Origin: Candidatus Nealsonbacteria bacterium CG07_land_8_20_14_0_80_39_13 | Lineage (GTDB): Bacteria; Patescibacteriota; Minisyncoccia; Minisyncoccales; GCA-002779355 | NCBI GenBank assembly: GCA_002779355.1 | Contig: PEWS01000040.1 | Location: forward strand, 1-32,375 | DNA length: 32,375 nt | Direction of reading: 5' to 3' | Notes under the pieces: model-generated | Database searches by the model: none | Seen by the model: the letters and a program-made list of their open reading frames with translations, nothing else | Told to the model about the DNA's origin: nothing | Shown: one piece after another, positions 1 to 9,300 of the stretch | Numbering within the stretch: position 1 is the stretch's first letter | How the letters are laid out: each line of letters begins with the position of its first letter | Program-made: the position numbers and the translations under genes

Positions 1-369
1 CAGGTTTTTGGCAGTCCTTAGGGCAGGTAATGTTGGTCTCGTTACTTTCGCAGACACCGTCGCCACAGATGATAGGCTTTGGGCAGTCTCCTTGACAAGT
101 GGCGTTGGTCTCGTTGCCTTCGCAGACACCGTCACCGCAGACAACAGGTTTTTGGCAGTCCTTTAAGCAGGTAACGTTGGTCTCGTTACCTTCGCAGACT
201 CCGTCACTGCAGACAACAGGCTTCAGGCAGTCCTTGGGACAGGTAATGTTAGTTTCATTACCTTCGCAGGTGCTGTCACCGCAGATAATTGGCTTCGGGC
301 AATCCTTGAAGCACGACTCATACGTCTCCAGTCTTTCGCACTTACCATCTCCGCACACTGTTGAATTTA
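1..369. repeat. Tandem 72-nt coding repeat, at least 5 units
   Basis: GGCAGTC/GGCAATC landmarks occur at 10, 82, 154, 226 and 298, spaced exactly 72 nt apart. The array continues past the window edge. Confidence 0.9.
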
Positions 370-871
370 TCGGAATGCCGGCGTTTTTAGTTCCACCACT
401 ACTGCTACTGCTACTGCTACTGCTACTGCCACCACTATAATAAGTGGGGCAGACTGCATCAGATCCATCGCAATTTTCATCTATTCCGTTGCCACAGACA
501 TCTGTAGCTTCGGGATGAATTGTAGCGTTGTTGTTATTGCAGTCGCCGGAGACGTTGACGTATCCAGCTGGTACCGTTACGTTACACAACATAGTTGTGT
601 TGTTCCCACTGCCATAGCCATCGCCGTCGGCGTCTCTGTAGCGGATACAATATGTTTCGTCAACGGCGCCGTTACAATTATCGTCAATAGTGTTATTCGG
701 TATTTCTACCGTATTACACACTATTGTAACGTTCACCTCCGCATAGGCATCTAAGCCACTTGCGTTGGTTATGTTGCAATTGCCGGCGCAATTATCAGAA
801 TAAACCCCCTGTGTCAATATCGCTAATAGCATTATTGACAAAAAAATTTTCAGGTTCATTTTATCCATCAT
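1..871 (-). CDS. Secreted cysteine-rich repeat surface protein, partial (C-terminus runs off the window start)
   Basis: It is absent from the ORF track because it stays open to position 1. The reverse complement of 781-871 reads MMDKMNLKIFLSIMLLAILTQGVYS/DNCAG, which looks like a signal peptide (ATGs at 871, 868 and 859). A VSGDCNNNNATIHPEATDVCGNGIDENCDG module follows, then a Ser9 linker, then at least five exact 72-nt (24-aa) tandem units CGDGVCEGNETNxTCxxDCxKPxx. The start lies 8 nt after the stop of the 879-2021 gene, consistent with an operon. Confidence 0.8.
   Translation of the reverse strand, partial: MMDKMNLKIFLSIMLLAILTQGVYSDNCAGNCNITNASGLDAYAEVNVTIVCNTVEIPNNTIDDNCNGAVDETYCIRYRDADGDGYGSGNNTTMLCNVTVPAGYVNVSGDCNNNNATIHPEATDVCGNGIDENCDGSDAVCPTYYSGGSSSSSSSSSSGGTKNAGIPINSTVCGDGKCERLETYESCFKDCPKPIICGDSTCEGNETNITCPKDCLKPVVCSDGVCEGNETNVTCLKDCQKPVVCGDGVCEGNETNATCQGDCPKPIICGDGVCESNETNITCPKDCQKP
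398..430. repeat. Hexanucleotide microsatellite (ACTGCT)n encoding a poly-Ser linker on the minus strand
   Basis: ACTGCT occurs 4 times followed by ACTGCC. Confidence 0.9.
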
Positions 872-878
872 CTTTCGT

Positions 879-2021
879 CTAACAGAGATCTACTCTTGCG
901 ACAGAGTAAAATCTGATTTTCACTGTTCCTGTAGTGGGGAAGACTTTATTCCACGACATGAAAATACTTTCTCCGGGATTCACAATTAGGATCGTGATCG
1001 ATTGTCCCAAGTCTGGAGAACTGACATACACGTCTTTTAATGGGACGTTTCCGTTATTTGCAATAGATAAATTGCAAATTGTCGGGTTTCCCAGCAAGAC
1101 TCCCGTAGAACAAGTGGCGTTAGCGATATTTAAATCAACTATTGTCATATTCCCGTCTCCGTCTTCATCAATACCGTTGTTCCAGTAGGCGGGGTTACAA
1201 CGCTCCCATTGACAGTTTTCATCAATAAGTCCATCGCAGTCGTCGTCAATACTGTTGCCACAAACCTCTGTCGCTCCTGGATGGATTGTGACATTATGAT
1301 CGTTGCAATCACCCGAGACATTAACATAACCGGTTGGTGGCGTTGCGTTGCATGTCGTTATTCCATTTGACGCATTGCCATATGTGTCGCTATCAAAATT
1401 TTGGTAATACGTGTAAAGGGTTAATCCTTCATCTGCGCTACCATCGCAATCGTCATCAATATTATTGCATGTCTCTGGCACACCGGGATGAATTAGTGCG
1501 TTGTTGTCGTTGCAGTCGCCCGAGACGTTGCTGTATCCCACGGGAGGGGTCGTTTCACAAAACATCGTCGCCGTCGTTATTCCATAACCATCGTCATCGG
1601 CGTCCCTATAATAGGCATAACCGCACCTCACCATCTGGAGGTTCACTAATGTATAACTGTTTCCATCGGGAATTACTCTGATTACACTAGCATTCCCATA
1701 ATCCGCCTTTTGAGCTGTCACGGTTATTTGCCCTGTAACATTCAGTACGAACTCTACGGTTCCGTTTCCGTTTGTGATGCCCGTTATATTTACAATGGTT
1801 ACGTTTACGCCCGCTAATGGCACTGACCCGTTGGATAAGTCTTTTACGGAAACGCTTATCGTCGCGTTTGCCGCACTTACCGCCGAGCTCATTACCACCA
1901 CCAACACCAGCATCAGCATCATTCCGCTGCCGTTTCCGCCATTTCCAATTCCTCCTTTTTTTGTCGCTTCCGCTACGACCAGCCCTAGGGGCGTTGCCCC
2001 ATGCCAATTTCCTTTTTGCAT
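879..2021 (-). CDS. Secreted Cys/Asp-rich repeat protein (MopE-like 'putative metal-binding' modules)
   Basis: A 380-aa ORF. The hydrophobic MMLMLVLVVVMSSAVSAANA segment begins at residue 34, so the real start may be 1922. An NxS/T-rich beta-type region follows, then two full copies of VSGDCNDxNxxIHPGxxExCxNxIDDDCDG plus a degenerate DEDGDG copy. The motif family was recognised by eye only. Confidence 0.8.
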   Translation of the reverse strand: MQKGNWHGATPLGLVVAEATKKGGIGNGGNGSGMMLMLVLVVVMSSAVSAANATISVSVKDLSNGSVPLAGVNVTIVNITGITNGNGTVEFVLNVTGQITVTAQKADYGNASVIRVIPDGNSYTLVNLQMVRCGYAYYRDADDDGYGITTATMFCETTPPVGYSNVSGDCNDNNALIHPGVPETCNNIDDDCDGSADEGLTLYTYYQNFDSDTYGNASNGITTCNATPPTGYVNVSGDCNDHNVTIHPGATEVCGNSIDDDCDGLIDENCQWERCNPAYWNNGIDEDGDGNMTIVDLNIANATCSTGVLLGNPTICNLSIANNGNVPLKDVYVSSPDLGQSITILIVNPGESIFMSWNKVFPTTGTVKIRFYSVARVDLC

Positions 2022-2106
2022 TTTTTTATCAAGGTACTCATAGAGTAAGATATTTTATTACTCTATAGATTAAAGTATAATCTTGATTGATAGATTTGTC
2101 AAGCTA

Positions 2107-2135
2107 TTGACAAAAAAAGAGCCTTATGCTAACAT
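2107..2135 (+). promoter_or_regulatory. Candidate sigma70-type promoter for the 713-aa surface protein gene
   Basis: TTGACA (2107-2112), a 17-nt spacer, and TGC-TAACAT (extended -10-like, hexamer 2130-2135). It lies about 55 nt upstream of the ATG. Confidence 0.45.
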
Positions 2136-2189
2136 ATTAAATATTAGGGGTTAATAATTTATTATAAATTTATTATAAAAATAAAAAAT

Positions 2190-4331
2190 ATGTTTAAAAA
2201 AATCATACAAATAGTAACATTACTTATAGTTGGTCTGTTTTTTACGGTTGGTCAGGTTTCAGCGGCTGATAATCCGACAAGCGGGACATTAACCGCTTCG
2301 ACTAATTCGGCAGTTGTCGGAACTAATGTAACTGTAACTATTACAGCTTCTGACGGCGATGGGATAGAAAAGGTTTGCTTGACCGATTGTAAAGATTGTC
2401 AAAATGCGACAAATTGCGCGCAATCTTGGCAAATAACTCAAGCTGTAATAGGGTCGTTTTACGCCGAAGCCAGTGTTTGCGCGAAAAATGCGGATACAGG
2501 CGTTAATGAATGTTCAAGGACTAATCCGGAGGGCATAAGCATTGATTTTTCCGATTTGACTGTTTCGTGTTCGGCGAGTCCGAGCCCGGTTCAGACGAAC
2601 AATAACGTAACCTTTACAGCTACAGTTTCCGGCGGAACAGGAACGTATTCTTACGCTTGGACGGGGGATTGTACAGGAACCAATCCAACTTGCGCTAAAT
2701 CATTCAGTTCGGCAGGAACTTTTACTCCGACTTTAACTGTTGTTTCCGGAACAGAAACAAAAACAGTTAGCTGTTCTGCAGTTGTTCAATCAGGTTCAAT
2801 TCAGTATATTTCCGTACCCCAATATATTCCGGCATCATGTAACGGTTGTGGTTCTTGCGGGAGTGGTTCTTGTAATGGTTACAGCAATCACAGTTATTCG
2901 CAATGTTACGATGAAGATGTCTATTGGTATTGTTCTAATAATATAAAAAATGACAAGAAAGAAGAATGCGGAAGCGATTCTTGCGACCAATGGACCAATT
3001 ATTGTTCAAGTGGCAATGTTTATAAAAAAAGAAATTGTTATGATCGGGGGTGTAATAACGCCGCTTGTTTCTCCACCTCAAAAGCAGAAAGTGAGTTTGT
3101 GGAAAACTGTAGTTCGCTTGGCTGTGAAAACGGAAAATGTGTTGTTAAGCCGGCTTGCGAATGTTCTTTCGGCCCATGTTGCGATGGGTGTTATTACAAG
3201 CCTTCAACTTCAATTTGCGAAACAAAAGTAGAAATTCAATATGGCTGTCCTTGGGGAACGGGGTGCGGAGCTGATGTGGCCAAGAGGTCAAACAGCACAT
3301 TTCGCTATTGTTCAGGAGCAAGTAATTTGTGTCTTGGCGAATGGAAGCAGTCTTTGAAGCGGACAAGTTGGACAGTGGTTGATTATTGTTCAGTCGGCGA
3401 GACGTGCTCTGTCGGCAAATCAGCCTGCTCTTATAATTCAGCCTGTACAAGACCTGTAAATACTTATATTAAAAATTATACAAAAAAGTGTTCAGAAGAT
3501 AATCTTTTTTGGTACGATTCCAATAATTTGAAACAGGGAAAATATCGCGATTGCGCCGATGAAAACGACTGTACCTCTGACAGTTGCGATAATAATAAAT
3601 GCGCCAATGAATTGAAATGCGACGGAACAGCCTGTTCAGTCGGTTCAGATAGTTATTGCGAGAGTTGCGAATCTTGCGGAGATGACGTTTGCAACTGCAA
3701 CGAAACTCCTTGCGGATGTCCGGCTGACTGTAAAATATCAGGGCTTTCGGTTTCTGTTTTATGCAAAGAAGCAGGGGAGTCAACCGACTGGAGTAAAGAC
3801 ATAAAGGCCTCTCCTTCAAGCAAGCTGGATGTTCTTTTGGTCGTTACCAATAGCGGACAAGATGATTTGGAAGATGTTTCTGTGGAGGTGAATTTACCCA
3901 AGGAACTCAAATACCAAAACGATCTTAAAATTGGAGGGGATGCCTATAAAGGAGATATCGCCTTAGTTAATGTCGGAGATTTGTCTTCAGGTTCTTCTAA
4001 AACGATAACCTTGGGAGTGCTCACCGGCAGGATTTTGGATGATTCTGATTTTTCTATAGCCGGAACTGTGAGCGATGGGAATTTAAAGTCTTCTGATTCG
4101 GTTAAGATTTCTTTAGCGGGAACAGGCGCATCCGGAATCGCAACTGTTTTCTCCGGCACAGCTTTCTCAATTTCTCAATGGCAAAATTGGCAATATCTTT
4201 TCTGGCTGGCGACAATCGCTCTTGTAGCTTTTGGGGCATTTTATATCTTCCCCATTGTGAGAAAAAAGAAAAAAGAGGCGATGCTTAAAGACATCATTAA
4301 AGGAGTAGCTTCCGCCGACAAGTTATTATAA
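2190..4331 (+). CDS. Large secreted cysteine-rich protein with a PKD-like domain and a C-terminal membrane anchor
   Basis: A 713-aa ORF with an N-terminal signal peptide (LLIVGLFFTVGQVSAADN). It has a PKD-like segment (VSCSASPSPVQTNNNVTFTATVSGGTGTYSYAWTGDC) and many Cys-rich modules. The C-terminal hydrophobic helix YLFWLATIALVAFGAFYIFPIV is followed by RKKKK. Confidence 0.85.
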   Translation: MFKKIIQIVTLLIVGLFFTVGQVSAADNPTSGTLTASTNSAVVGTNVTVTITASDGDGIEKVCLTDCKDCQNATNCAQSWQITQAVIGSFYAEASVCAKNADTGVNECSRTNPEGISIDFSDLTVSCSASPSPVQTNNNVTFTATVSGGTGTYSYAWTGDCTGTNPTCAKSFSSAGTFTPTLTVVSGTETKTVSCSAVVQSGSIQYISVPQYIPASCNGCGSCGSGSCNGYSNHSYSQCYDEDVYWYCSNNIKNDKKEECGSDSCDQWTNYCSSGNVYKKRNCYDRGCNNAACFSTSKAESEFVENCSSLGCENGKCVVKPACECSFGPCCDGCYYKPSTSICETKVEIQYGCPWGTGCGADVAKRSNSTFRYCSGASNLCLGEWKQSLKRTSWTVVDYCSVGETCSVGKSACSYNSACTRPVNTYIKNYTKKCSEDNLFWYDSNNLKQGKYRDCADENDCTSDSCDNNKCANELKCDGTACSVGSDSYCESCESCGDDVCNCNETPCGCPADCKISGLSVSVLCKEAGESTDWSKDIKASPSSKLDVLLVVTNSGQDDLEDVSVEVNLPKELKYQNDLKIGGDAYKGDIALVNVGDLSSGSSKTITLGVLTGRILDDSDFSIAGTVSDGNLKSSDSVKISLAGTGASGIATVFSGTAFSISQWQNWQYLFWLATIALVAFGAFYIFPIVRKKKKEAMLKDIIKGVASADKLL

Positions 4332-6233
4332 ATTAGTTTTTTCTTCTATTTCTTTCTTTAGTTTTTGGATAAAATCCTCTATCTTTATCGCTCCCAAGTC
4401 TTTATTCTTGGAGCGGATGGAAACGGAATTGGCTTCAATTTCTTTGTCTCCGATAATTAAGATGTAGGGGATTTTTTCCATTTCAGCCGCTCTGATTTTC
4501 TTGCCGAGGGTATCGTTTTTTTTTTTGACTTCTACACGGATATTATTCTTTTTCAGCTCATCAGCTGTTTTCTGGGCAAACTCCAGATGTTTTTCACTTA
4601 TCGGTATTAAGGAAACTTGGACAGGGGATAGCCATAAAGGGAACGCTCCGGCATAGTGCTCTATTAAAAGCCCTAAAAATCTCTCAAAAGAGCCCATTAG
4701 CGCCCTGTGGAGCATGAATGGCTGCTCTTGTTCGCCCTTAGAGTTAATAAAGGTCATATTGAACCTTTCCGGCAAATTGAAATCAAATTGTAAGGTTGAG
4801 CATTGCCATTCCCGTCCGAGAGCGTCTTTTATTTTGTAATCTAATTTCGGACCGTAGAAGGCAGCTTCTCCTTCCTGTTTCTCGTATTCAATATTTAATT
4901 CTTTAGCTACTTTTTCCAAAACTTCTTCGGTAAATTTCCAGCCCTTTTCATTGCCGGCATATTTGTCCTTATTTTTCCTGTCCCTCAAAGAGAGATATAT
5001 TTTGTAGTTCTTGAAACCGAAAGCTTCAAAATATTCTTTAATGAAGTTCGCCACCCTTTTTAGTTCATCTTCAACTTGTTCTTTGGCGCAGATGATATGA
5101 GCGTCGTCTTGAGTGAATCCTCTGACCCTGGTCAGTCCGGAGAGTTCGCCTGATTTTTCATAGCGATAAACCGTTCCGCATTCAGCCCAGCGTAGAGGAA
5201 GTTCTTTGTGGGAACGGAGCTCTGATTTATAAATCCTTACATGGAAGGGGCAATTCATCGGCTTAAGCAAATATTCTTCTTTTTTTACTCCTTCTTTTTC
5301 TTTTTTTCCTTCTGATTGCTGATAGTCTTTCAATGATTTGCTTACTTCAAGAACGGGATACATGCTGTCGTTGTAAAAATTCCAATGGCCTGATTGCTCC
5401 CATAAATTTCTGCTGCCGATATGAGGGGATCTGACTAATTGATAGCCATTGTTAAGGTGTTTTTTGTACCAAAAATCCTCAATTATTCTCCAAAGGAGAG
5501 CGCCTTTTGGTTTCCACATCGCCAAACCCAACCCGACAACAGGGTCAAGCAGAAACAGGTCTTTTCCGATTACCCTATGATCTCTTTTTTCCGCTTCATC
5601 CATCATTTTTGAGTATTTCTCCAATTCCTCTTTTGTCTCAAAAGCCAAACCATAAATCCTTGTCAGCATTTTATTCTTTTCGTCTCCCTTCCAGTAGGCG
5701 CCGGCTGTTTTTGTCAATTTAAAACTGCCATCGACAATTTCTTCGGTATTTTTTATATGAGGGCCCTTGCACAGATCAATGGAATCTCCGCTCTCGTAAA
5801 CAGAAATTGTTTTATCGGTCAATTCCTTTATCAATTCCAATTTATAGGGCTGTCCGCGGAATATTTTTTTAGCTTCTTTTTTGGAGACGATCTTCTTTTT
5901 GAATTTAATATTCTGCTTAATCAATTCCCTCATCTCTTTCTCAATCTTTACTATGTCCTCGGGCGATAGTCCGAATTTTTGTTTTAGGTTTGGGATTTGT
6001 CGTCCAGAGGACGACCTCGGCCAGAGGCTGACCAGCCTTTGGCTGGAGCCTCTGGCTGGGGATTTGGGATTTGGGATTTGGGATTTAACGATTTTGACTT
6101 CAGAAAAGTCAAAATCGTAATAGAATCCCTTATCTATTGCCGGCCCGATGCCAAATTTAACTTTCGGGTAAAGTTTTTTAACCGCCATAGCCATAATGTG
6201 AGCGAGCGAATGTCTTGCAATTTCTATGTTCAT
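4326..6233 (-). CDS. thrS: Threonyl-tRNA synthetase, lacking the N-terminal TGS domain and carrying a repeat-derived insertion
   Basis: A 635-aa ORF that is colinear by eye with E. coli ThrRS from the N2 editing domain onward. Shared landmarks are HSLAHIMAMA, KPMNCPFH, RVRGFTQDDAHIF, GEAAFYGPK and HRALMGSFERF, plus a C-terminal anticodon-binding domain. Confidence 0.95.
   Translation of the reverse strand: MNIEIARHSLAHIMAMAVKKLYPKVKFGIGPAIDKGFYYDFDFSEVKIVKSQIPNPKSPARGSSQRLVSLWPRSSSGRQIPNLKQKFGLSPEDIVKIEKEMRELIKQNIKFKKKIVSKKEAKKIFRGQPYKLELIKELTDKTISVYESGDSIDLCKGPHIKNTEEIVDGSFKLTKTAGAYWKGDEKNKMLTRIYGLAFETKEELEKYSKMMDEAEKRDHRVIGKDLFLLDPVVGLGLAMWKPKGALLWRIIEDFWYKKHLNNGYQLVRSPHIGSRNLWEQSGHWNFYNDSMYPVLEVSKSLKDYQQSEGKKEKEGVKKEEYLLKPMNCPFHVRIYKSELRSHKELPLRWAECGTVYRYEKSGELSGLTRVRGFTQDDAHIICAKEQVEDELKRVANFIKEYFEAFGFKNYKIYLSLRDRKNKDKYAGNEKGWKFTEEVLEKVAKELNIEYEKQEGEAAFYGPKLDYKIKDALGREWQCSTLQFDFNLPERFNMTFINSKGEQEQPFMLHRALMGSFERFLGLLIEHYAGAFPLWLSPVQVSLIPISEKHLEFAQKTADELKKNNIRVEVKKKNDTLGKKIRAAEMEKIPYILIIGDKEIEANSVSIRSKNKDLGAIKIEDFIQKLKKEIEEKTNL
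5992..6118. repeat. Composite repeat inside thrS: GGGATTT unit, 59-nt GC-rich module, (GGGATTT)x4, 13-bp perfect inverted repeat
   Basis: GGGATTT lies at 5992-5998 and the GC-rich module at 6001-6059. Four GGGATTT units span 6059-6086. The inverted repeat ACGATTTTGACTT/AAGTCAAAATCGT spans 6088-6118. Confidence 0.85.
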
Positions 6234-6269
6234 AATTTTATTATTTTATTGTATTAATTAACGAATTTT

Positions 6270-6296
6270 CGCCAGGGGCGGATCGGCCTTTGACCG
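6270..6296. repeat. GC-rich modular repeat copy (CGCCAGGGGCGGATCGGCCTTTGACCG), intergenic between dnaE and thrS
   Basis: It shares GCCAGGGGC-ATCGGCC with 18423-18439. A degenerate reverse copy lies at 15506-15531. Confidence 0.7.
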
Positions 6297-6351
6297 AAAC
6301 GAGTTTCTGAATTAACTTATTTATTATATCAGAAACCCTCCTTTTTTCCAC

Positions 6352-9300
6352 TTATGGTTTTTTTGTCAGTTCACGGGCTTCGTCGCAGATTACTTTCGGG
6401 GAGTCGCCCCTGAAATCAACGCTTCCGACGATAATGACGATTTTATTTTCCTGAAACAATTGAGGATTCTTTTCCATTATCTTAGGGAAGACAACTATTT
6501 CCAACTTGCCGTCAGCATCCTCAATATTCAGAAAAAGCATCGGCTTTCCGGTTTTGGTGATTATTTTTTTAATTGCGCCGATAACTCCCCCGACTTTTAC
6601 TTTTGTCCCGCCGATATAGTTTTTTATTTTTGAAAGAGGGGTAGTGTATTTCAATAATATATCCTGAAATCCATCTAAAGGATGAGCTGTTACAAAAAGA
6701 CCGAGAAGTTCTTTTTCCCATTTTAATTTTTCGTGTTCGGAAATAGGCTCAATTTTATCCAAGCGGAATTCAGTATTGTTTTTTTTCTCGCTTTCCATCG
6801 CCCCAAAAAGGCTTTTCTGCCCGTTGGACTTCATTTTTTTGTTTTCTCTGCCATACTCAAGCAACCTTTCTACATTATGTAAGAGTTGTCCCCGCTCGCC
6901 GAATTTTTCAAAAGCCCCTGCCTTGATCAGGCTTTCCAATGATTTTTTATTAAGATCTTTTGATCTGGCGCTGACGCGGTCAACGAAATCAAATACTGAA
7001 TTATAGGGTCCGGAGCTTTTTCTCTCTTGGATGACTGTTTCCATTATATTTTCGCCGACATTTTTTATCGCCAAAAGTCCGAAGCGGATTTGTTTGGGGG
7101 GGACAACGGTAAAATTCTGCAAGCTTTCATTTATATCCGGAGGAAGAACTTCAATTCCCATGCTTTTGGCCTCTGATATCAGGAAGCCGATTCTTTCCGT
7201 ATCGTTTCTTTCTGAAGTTAAAAGAGAGGCTGTAAATTCAGTTGTGAAATGAGCCTTCAGATAAGCGGTTTGGTAGGCAATCATAGCGTAGCAGGTGGCA
7301 TGGGATCGATTGAAAGAATAGTGGGCGAATGGTTCTATCCAATGCCATATTTTTAAAGCGACGCTTTCGTTGATGCTGTTTTTCTTCATCCCGTCAACGA
7401 ATTTTTTCTTCTGTTCCATCAGAAGTTTTTCAATTTTTTTGCCGATGGCTTTTCTTAAGACATCAGCTTCAGGCATGGAAAAGCCGGCCAAGTCCTGGGC
7501 GATTTTCATAATTTGCTCCTGGTAAACGGGGATGGAATAGGTGCTTTCCAGAATCGGTTTCAATTTCGGATGGAAATAAGTAAGGTCTTTTTGTCCGTGC
7601 TTGCCGGCAATATATTCCGGAATAAGAGCCATCGGCCCCGGACGATATAAGGCAACCATAGCGATAATATCTTCAATATTACTCGGTTTTAATTGTTTTA
7701 GGTATTTTCTCATTCCCTCGCTTTCCAGCTGGAATACTCCGACCGTAAGCCCTCTTTGGAGAAGTCTATAAGTTTTTTCATCGTCAAGAGGGATGTTTTC
7801 CAAATCAATATTCTTTCCTTGAACCTTGTATATTCTGGAAAGAGTGTCTTCGATAATGGTCAGGTTTTTTAATCCCAAGAAATCCATCTTCAATAATCCC
7901 AAGTCAGCCACAGCATGCATTTCGTATTGAGTGACAATGATTTTATCGTTTTGGGTCGGATGCTGCAAAGGAATAATTTCGTCCAAGGGCTGATTAGAAA
8001 TAACAACCCCGCAGGCATGAGTAGAGGCGTGTCGGACAACCCCCTCCAATCTTTTAGCCAGATCAATCAGCTTGCGGGCTTTTTGGTTTCCCTCGTAAAG
8101 TTCCCGGAATTTAGTTACGCTGGCCAATGTTTTTTCCAAATCAAGGCCGAAAGGAATCATTTTCGCCACCACATCGCAGTAGCTGTACTCATATCCCAAA
8201 ACCCTTCCCACGTCTCTGATTCCGGCTCTGGCGGCTATTGTTCCGAAGGTGATAATTTGAGCTACCTTATCTCGACCGTATTTTTCAGAAACATATTCAA
8301 TTACTTCATTTCTGCGCCGGTCGTTGAAATCAAGGTCAATATCAGGCAGTCCTTCAGCTCTTCCCGGATTTAAAAATCTTTCAAATAAAAGATTGTATTT
8401 TAAAGGGTCAACGTTAGTGATGTTGACGAGGAAGGAAACCAAAGAGCCGGCCACCGAACCTCTTCCCGGTCCGACCACGATTCTGTTTTTTTTGGCCCAA
8501 TTGACGAAATCTTGGACTATCAGAAAGTAAGAAGCCAGCCCCATTTTTTGGATAGCTGAAAGTTCGTATTCCATTCTTTCCAGAATCTTACTTCTATCTC
8601 CTTCCGGATACCTTTTTTCCACCCCTTCAAGGCAGAGTTCCCGTAAGTATTCGTCAGGGGTTTTTCCTGAAGGGACTTCAAATTTAGGCAATTTTATCTC
8701 CCCCAATTTGAATTCAAAATTGCAGGCCTCGGCGATTTTCCCGGTGTTTTCAATCGCTTCCGGAGTTTCCTTGAAGTCTTCAGCCATTTGCTCCGGCGTT
8801 CTGAAGGAAAAATCGTCTTTAATCAGGGTTCTTCTTTCCGGGTCGTTAAGATTAGCGCCGGTATTGATAAGCATCAGTACATCCTGGACTTCAGCGTCTT
8901 CCGGTTTCAGATAATGGACATCGTTTGTGGCCACCAGAGGGATATCCAATCTTTTGGAGAGAGCGATTAATCCTTCGTTAGCTTTTTCTTGGCCATCAAG
9001 GTTTTTATGTTTTTGTAGTTCCAGATAAAAATTTTCTTTGCCGAAAATTTCTTGGTATTTGAGGGCGGTTTTTTCCGCTTCGTCCATTTTATTATTAATA
9101 ATCATCCTCGGGATTTTCCCTTGAATACAGGCGGAGAGGGCGATCAATCCTTCTGAATATTGGGATAATAATTCTTCGTCAACTCTTGGTTTGTAATAGA
9201 ACCCTTTTAGGTGAGATTGGGTTATTATTTTTACTAAATTTTTATATCCTTTTTCGTTTTTGGCCAATAAAATCAAATGGTATCTTTTGTCGTCAATGTT

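Noticed and set aside
99-440. A 113-aa plus-strand ORF ending in a poly-Leu run.
   Set aside because: It is the antisense reading of the 72-nt repeat array and the poly-Ser microsatellite. The minus-strand frame gives a coherent secreted Cys-repeat protein with a signal peptide, so the plus-strand ORF is spurious.
1-4331. A diversity-generating retroelement target, considered because Cys-rich surface proteins are common DGR targets in CPR genomes.
   Set aside because: The window contains no reverse transcriptase gene, and I saw no template/variable repeat pair with adenine-specific mismatches.
4326-4331. The 6-nt convergent overlap of the thrS and 713-aa gene stop regions, as a sign of misannotation.
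   Set aside because: Both C-termini read sensibly (thrS ends ...EEKTNL). A short convergent overlap is plausible in a compact genome, and it is noted only as the absence of an intergenic terminator.
7915-8373. A 152-aa plus-strand ORF inside dnaE, plus many similar 60-220-aa ORFs antisense to thrS, dnaE, the hlyD-like gene, rplJ, the 531-aa gene and the 717-aa gene.
   Set aside because: Each lies entirely within, and antisense to, a longer ORF with clear homology or better coding character. Their compositions are low-complexity mirror images.
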